The notes beneath the pieces are model-generated. The model was not told where the DNA came from and did not search any database. It saw only the letters and a list, made by a program, of their open reading frames with translations. A DNA stretch of 32,000 nt from an uncultured archaeon (GTDB taxonomy: Archaea > Iainarchaeota > Iainarchaeia > Iainarchaeales > Iainarchaeaceae). The stretch spans positions 13,773-45,772 of the forward strand of contig CAZNZM010000005.1 in NCBI GenBank assembly GCA_964577555.1, in the 5' to 3' direction. The number at the start of each line of letters is the position of its first letter. The stretch's first letter is position 1. The translations under genes were made by a program, and so were the position numbers. This document shows, in pieces, positions 29,101-32,000 of the stretch.

Positions 29101-30638
29101 TGCCTATTATTGACTCTTATAGTGTCACTGGTTTTTTCACCATAACCAGGCTTCACTGCATAAACATAATAATTTTCTTCTTCAACCCTTTCAAAAGTAG
29201 CCCTTCCATCAAGCCCTGTGACAAGTTCAGAGCCAACCTGCGCGCCATCAGAATTTTTTTTAAGCTTCAACCTGACATTCTCTATAGGCTTATCCTTTTC
29301 ATCAGTCACAACCACGAAAAGGCTTTGGCTGTTTTCAATAGTGGCTTGTTCAATTTGAACCGTGACAAAGTCGTTTGAAGGATTCATTTTCATTGAAGCA
29401 ATCAAATAACCAGCTTTATCAACATTAATATTATACTGCACATCCTCGCCAACACTGAACTCGACTTTTCCAGCTTCATCGGTTTGCTTTGAAGTAATCA
29501 CATTCTGTCCTTTTGAAAGACTTACAACCGCACCCTTAATTAATTCCCTTGTTTCCTTGTCCTGCACAACCAATTTTATTTTGCCGGCAACTGAATCATT
29601 CATTACCACTGCAATTGTCGTTGTAGAATTTGCCTTGACTTCTTGAACCACGTTTTGTTTCAAACCATCATACTCTCCATAATTGCCCTGCCTGTCAAAA
29701 GCAACAACATAATAATTCCCAACAGGCACATCACTGAAAGAAGCCGTGCCATTAGTGCTGGTTGACTTTTCCTCAATCAACGCTCCTTGAGTACCATTGC
29801 TTGCCCGAGAATAAAGCCTAACATCAATTCCAGCAATAGTTTCGCCTTTGTTGTTGGCAACAGTAACCAACACACTTCCCTTAGCCAAAGAACCTTTGCC
29901 TATCTCCATTTTCAAGTCATTATCAGATAAATAAATAGTTTCATTAGCAAGAACATAATCGCCCAAAACCTTTGCATTCAATTGCCCGCAATTATCAGGC
30001 ACATCAACTTCAACAATACCATTCCTTACAACTTCAGTAGAAGAAAAATCCTTATTCTCGACGCAAGAAAACTGCACTTGAACACTATCACCAAAAGCAC
30101 GCTGTGTCCCAGCCTCAAAAACACTAATAACCTTTGAAACAGTTTTTATTTCTCTTACAAGCTTAACCGAAACAGAACCTTTTTCATTCTCCAATTTTAT
30201 TGTTTCAGGCTTGTCAAGTTTATAACCCTGCTTTGACGCACTCACCTCAACATTCAAACCACGCGGCACAGAAAGCAAAACCACTCCCTTACTGTCAGTC
30301 TTTCCTGAAACTTCCTCACCATTAAATTTTCCAAAAACAACCGCGGCAGCAACAGGACTTCCTTGTTCATCAACAACACTAACACTCAATTCCCCATTGC
30401 CCGCAACAGCGCCAGAAACCAAAACAAAAAAACCAATCAGCAGCAAAGCCAAAAAAATCAAAAAAACAGGAAACGAAGGCACATTCTTTGATTCAATAAA
30501 ATCCACTACACTATAAACAGGCAAACCCTTTTCGTTCAACCAATCAAGAAAATCATAATACTTGTCTTCCAATTTCTCATAAAAACCCTTGTCAGAATCT
30601 GAAGGCGCCATCAAACCACTGCCAAATAACTTAATCAT
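23145..30638 (-). CDS. Giant membrane-anchored extracellular repeat protein, 2497 aa (paralog A, most divergent; alternative start 30611)
   Basis: Single ORF. N-terminal TM (FPVFLIFLALLLIGFFVLVSGAV), repeated beta domains (LFVVVTDEKDKPIENVRLKLKK...), TYNPPVG...GNAKW, C-x3-F-C, and a degenerate version of the shared C-terminal domain. Confidence 0.95.
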   Translation of the reverse strand: MIKLFGSGLMAPSDSDKGFYEKLEDKYYDFLDWLNEKGLPVYSVVDFIESKNVPSFPVFLIFLALLLIGFFVLVSGAVAGNGELSVSVVDEQGSPVAAAVVFGKFNGEEVSGKTDSKGVVLLSVPRGLNVEVSASKQGYKLDKPETIKLENEKGSVSVKLVREIKTVSKVISVFEAGTQRAFGDSVQVQFSCVENKDFSSTEVVRNGIVEVDVPDNCGQLNAKVLGDYVLANETIYLSDNDLKMEIGKGSLAKGSVLVTVANNKGETIAGIDVRLYSRASNGTQGALIEEKSTSTNGTASFSDVPVGNYYVVAFDRQGNYGEYDGLKQNVVQEVKANSTTTIAVVMNDSVAGKIKLVVQDKETRELIKGAVVSLSKGQNVITSKQTDEAGKVEFSVGEDVQYNINVDKAGYLIASMKMNPSNDFVTVQIEQATIENSQSLFVVVTDEKDKPIENVRLKLKKNSDGAQVGSELVTGLDGRATFERVEEENYYVYAVKPGYGEKTSDTIRVNNRQQNILKIKIPLGSGKINFGVFDEQGSPVVGAMVKAVDASSFEVLDETTTDSDGKKEIIVRADKKVFLSVSASGFSDYVTIPIQMQKDVSIEKRVVLFKSVSAFGIEPDGLYAGNEKVSESDSALSPGQKYTAKFRLFVPKNSVFDEVEVHIRTGKDTSTSMEKDVAYITDIRGAYNSILKGTTYNPPVGQATDLQHLTSGNAKWGNALFKSIKGGVYEIEADVQVRDEAKIGSSGEIWYRAAGKSSGFVRAPVDSMLGTSGSTSQKQGLYANSLKMSFSIGPSSLCSEDFCASYSIEDLREGIASNVAESYNAQIESSYKLNFEISTISKTPFGSTQISVKDKTAGLVMNSYDVKTALGEQKQGRLNGSELKLSVGELSYGSVIFGTIEFTTKKEGTLPVELSIVSSVSGSNASEIYKKTIFIKVQPARQMNIDVLPKIIVPLINNNLLVKVSNTDGTGIPNAKVSIRKNDEVVASGDTDFEGVFSYTLSSPSEGSSIIISAEKTGYKQAQLEMKSSSNIIVTEPKTIKLNINIDDSEPKNFEGKILNITQIPLQIEKINFSKSLEGYVQIKLFEPNLPASIQPDSNILMSGNLSLVATSSNITQPTRVVGSAIITASNDAFGQKWVAQIPIEINIGFGDEVDDTGCFMIAPVANLKNPIEWKISGTPSETSQFAVTLVNNCKSGSKKVNLRNISARVVSGNQNIFGSFTAGTDNGFESKIDGVFRKVFDVLEKDSDQVITFKFKPDNIISGTANARIELQASNFTQTGEQKLLQKINVNISINNINECIETLTDRDIVVQSCPYNIGFGLYGNRFSQYSNSRYGAFDPMTSRYGYGTGQPPYLGTPSTPNTYGDLGMYGYSNAYYPNSYFGAPFYSGMASYSPNAMMAWSCGTGGFRIRNSCQAPIEISFDAQPGITVKDKMITIEPGKESDVIVEPSNFFGRYALDIKARQANSSQKTNKIKTVYVNVTNPWSKNYRDCISIDPARTIAFNNYFGLPVTLKVINTCYAEGVYLEESTSTIFFPGLAIANPADTGFGYQVGQYPNYNPINGQPYRVANESNLTANQSAGSARELIESYTFLGPEYLTQPNGKVTQVLSFEIVKALKKYRNNAPKAELFGPNIFKDIGNLRYFLTSGYYAIQARTSLIVKFINPFGMQQQIAFPIIVQDLWNALEYAERLNEQFETFGSPAKKPSECINHQALDFTRLGNMPTDRTYYTKDNGGLFIIDEEKGCGTADYLHDFSPQEMVFRQKNWLVMKIQPDPTDPKHNLAISFDTSKWNKTGTTINEDIIAKVSRTITASSELVRLNVKFNIKEIIDDKKEDRKPPEEYMITICENGGETGEAAFEKYGLEKIKYDWRKDEIKEDTCDVGKGNIFCDAVQATISITKKIDKIKEVAGKITTTDSKFGECVKNATNFKCEDPANKTAENLFRYVLKQNEKGIFTNENDEAIEIMKLKQEGLEELLQKKPNTDKQHNLTILNETIKVLKEANTKISNEDMNGLAIYLEVKNLSSGVNFNDLFENAFSIGGSNKIWYAPLTSYIKTHEQIVNCINNNNNNTQNNTQNCNTISISDNNQINIDDLKKALQNIVDNGKLKIVAINQKEMSKKVKEMVMKKGIVSSNYGIKNFFEFYKENIEPKMYLMKDSYDNEFKEKFKEQYYEINLTFNTSNDKNVDAGDYNVSIGKYKWENKADYNAEVYLKIDRTMQKIDEDNKTSFSKNVLFEIPIDGKVEWGTSFSGDGVNNIYLNNFDKDNYQIKNYKQRGNAGTTINRTYEATKNGKLMTISKDLISASLSNPIMIEVTITKQAEEPAGVFYEFKHNGNSEPFQLKYIEKNSKNLADSKDGPFYGYELCDKGNTDESTNDKKYYGLLFTDNEPFNKTFSALAYVPAQVVQEDTGSVISVKCIKEGTILTKEINKINNIIGRADGRGDVSLNNDEMKAYKRTQYNLQNLLNMVKDEKVCIKVEDQKMELLWNTEYFTKKME
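24426..24444 (+). repeat. Short ATT trinucleotide tract encoding a poly-Asn run in the 2497-aa protein
   Basis: (ATT)6 within the segment coding CINNNNNNTQNNTQNCN on the minus strand. Confidence 0.75.
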
Positions 30639-30660
30639 GAAACCCGATTAATATTATTTT

Positions 30661-30670
30661 CTATATAATC
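30661..30670 (-). promoter_or_regulatory. Candidate archaeal TATA box for the 2497-aa giant ORF
   Basis: Minus-strand GATTATATAG, centred about 27 nt upstream of ATG 30638; would imply a leaderless or near-leaderless transcript. Confidence 0.4.
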
Positions 30671-30832
30671 TAATTCAACTATCATTTAAAGCTTTTCCTT
30701 TTGTTCCGCCTTGCAAAAACAGTATCTAAAAATTAAATAAAAATTAAATAACCTTGCTTGTTTTTGGCTTTGAATTTTTCCAAACAGTTTTTTACAACGC
30801 GCCTTGCTAGGTTTTTTCATAAAAAAAGAAAA

Positions 30833-30840
30833 TATTATAT
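30833..30840 (+). promoter_or_regulatory. Candidate TATA box for the divergent 30866..31570 gene
   Basis: TATTATAT centred about 28 nt upstream of ATG 30866. Confidence 0.35.
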
Positions 30841-30865
30841 TCTTTATCAACTCATTATTAAAATC

Positions 30866-31570
30866 ATGAAAAATATTTTCAGGCTTTTTCAAGTATTGCT
30901 TTTGCTTGTTTTGTTAGAGTCAAGCATTGGAATGGGAAATTATGGTTATTATAAAGATGGAGACGCAATAATTGTCATAGATAACTTTGACGATTCAGGA
31001 AATGCAGTATTTGAAAAAAGGGGTTATGACATTCTTTTAGACAAGGATATCAATCAAAATTCCAGGTCGGACGTTGAATTCAAGCTTAAAAAGGACAAAC
31101 AAGAAATTCCTTTATTTGTATTAAAATTAAAAAATGTTGAGAATACAGGGCCTTTTAATACTGCAAATTTTACATTTGAAATAGAAAATAAATTGAACAA
31201 TAAAAATATTCAATTAACTAGCCTTATGCAAGAATATGAATTAGTAAACAGTAGTAGTATTGTTGTAAAAGAAGATATTGATACAATTTTGCTTTTATTT
31301 TTTAGTTCTGGAACCAAAAATTTTGACAATGCTATTAAGCTTATTCTTTCGCTTATTCTTTCAGTTGATGAAGGAATTCGGTATGACGCAGAAATAGAAA
31401 AATTAGATGTTACAATTTCAGAAGCTTTAATAGATGCGCTTACATCACTATCATCACCTACACTACCTGTAAAGTCTAAACAATCTGACCAATCTGACAA
31501 TGCTTCACTTGATTTTGTTCTTGCAACACTTGACAAAAAACTTGTAAGCAATATATTTGAAACCAAATAA
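30866..31570 (+). CDS. Putative secreted or membrane-anchored protein of unknown function, 234 aa (start re-assigned from 30758 to 30866)
   Basis: Only sizeable + strand ORF outside the giants. MKNIFRLFQVLLLLVLLESSIGMGNYG is a plausible signal peptide at internal ATG 30866. An AT-rich TATA-like box lies about 26-30 nt upstream. Confidence 0.75.
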   Translation: MKNIFRLFQVLLLLVLLESSIGMGNYGYYKDGDAIIVIDNFDDSGNAVFEKRGYDILLDKDINQNSRSDVEFKLKKDKQEIPLFVLKLKNVENTGPFNTANFTFEIENKLNNKNIQLTSLMQEYELVNSSSIVVKEDIDTILLLFFSSGTKNFDNAIKLILSLILSVDEGIRYDAEIEKLDVTISEALIDALTSLSSPTLPVKSKQSDQSDNASLDFVLATLDKKLVSNIFETK

Positions 31571-31615
31571 TAGTTATTTTTTTTGAGACAAGTTTTTTCT
31601 TTTTTCGTCAAGAAA

Positions 31616-31670
31616 TTTTTTTGTTTTTTTGCCGAGACTTTTTTTAAGTCCATTTTTTTTTAACTGCTTT
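31616..31670 (+). repeat. 55-bp exact direct repeat, copy 1
   Basis: tttttttgttttttt gccgagactttttttaagtccatttttttttaactgcttt is identical to 31946..32000; period 330 bp. Confidence 0.85.
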
Positions 31671-31945
31671 TTTTTTGATTTTCTGCGCTTTTTTTGTTTT
31701 TCTCAAGCCAAGTTTTTAGACAATTTTTCAATTTTTTTCCTGTTGGATTTTTTTTTAATTGTTTTTTTTGAGCTGGATTTTTTTTTGTTTTTTTGCGAGC
31801 CGTTTTTTTTTGAGTTTTTTTTTGAATTATTTATTTTTTTTTTGTTTGAAGTTTTGTTTTTTTTTGGATAGTTATGTTTTTTTATTTTTTTAATTTTTTT
31901 TAGCCGGTTTTTTGCTAATTTTTTTTGTTTTTTTTTACCAAAGAT

Positions 31946-32000
31946 TTTTTTTGTTTTTTTGCCGAGACTTTTTTTAAGTCCATTTTTTTTTAACTGCTTT
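31946..32000 (+). repeat. 55-bp exact direct repeat, copy 2 (runs into the window edge)
   Basis: Identical to 31616..31670; right boundary unknown because the window ends. Confidence 0.85.

Larger units (their letters stand above)
31571..32000 (+). other. Extremely T-rich low-complexity region, possible oligo-T terminator array downstream of the + strand gene
   Basis: Dozens of T runs of 6-10 nt separated by short mixed-base words; includes small inverted repeats GACTT-TTTTT-AAGTC (31636..31650 and 31966..31980) followed by T9. Confidence 0.5.

Noticed and set aside
862-30638. Giant ORFs as S-layer proteins or as modular NRPS/PKS enzymes
   Set aside because: No adenylation, ketosynthase, carrier or other catalytic motifs were seen. 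Simple S-layer proteins normally carry a cleavable signal peptide, whereas these have a charged cytoplasmic N-terminus plus an uncleaved-looking TM helix. A surface-structure role is possible but unproven.
30758-30865. N-terminal extension (36 aa) of the 270-aa + strand ORF
   Set aside because: MFLALNFSKQFFTTRLARFFHKKRKYYILYQLIIKI is translated from the AT-rich promoter-like region; the internal ATG at 30866 gives a clean signal peptide and fits TATA spacing.
31210-31653. 147-aa minus-strand ORF
   Set aside because: Overlaps the 3' half of the better-supported + strand gene and begins in the T-rich low-complexity repeat.
31629-31871. 80-aa + strand ORF
   Set aside because: Phe-rich translation of poly-T tracts; no coding character.
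1-32000. CRISPR array, transposase, integrase, tRNA/rRNA, or phage structural module
   Set aside because: No regularly spaced repeat/spacer pattern, no recognisable mobile-element protein and no obvious RNA gene. The giant proteins superficially recall phage tail-length proteins, but the N-terminal TM anchor and carboxypeptidase-regulatory-like repeats argue for cell-surface proteins. A tRNAscan or Infernal run was not possible.

Overview
About 90% of this 32-kb window (28.8 kb) is four consecutive giant ORFs on the minus strand: 2392, 2342, 2368 and 2497 aa. They encode divergent paralogs of one large, N-terminally membrane-anchored, apparently extracellular protein family. Shared layout: a short N-terminal cytoplasmic segment, one TM helix, a series of carboxypeptidase-regulatory/PEGA-like beta-sandwich repeats, a conserved C-x3-F-C-containing region, further Cys-containing beta domains, an internal hydrophobic block in at least three copies, and a conserved C-terminal domain ending in a Cys...W-N-[P/T] signature. 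A multi-TM protein (161 aa, weakly SpoIIM-like) sits between the first two giants in transcription order. Downstream of the last giant is a run of three small paralogous membrane proteins. The third is cut by the left window edge and is missing from the supplied ORF track. A divergently transcribed putative secreted protein lies at the right end, followed by a very T-rich region containing a 55-bp exact direct repeat. TATA-like boxes, a near-leaderless arrangement and overall protein character suggest an archaeon, possibly a DPANN lineage; this is inference. I could not name the family. The best candidate for an undescribed system is the giant-paralog quartet plus the small membrane protein triplet. 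No CRISPR, RNA gene, transposase or phage module was recognised.
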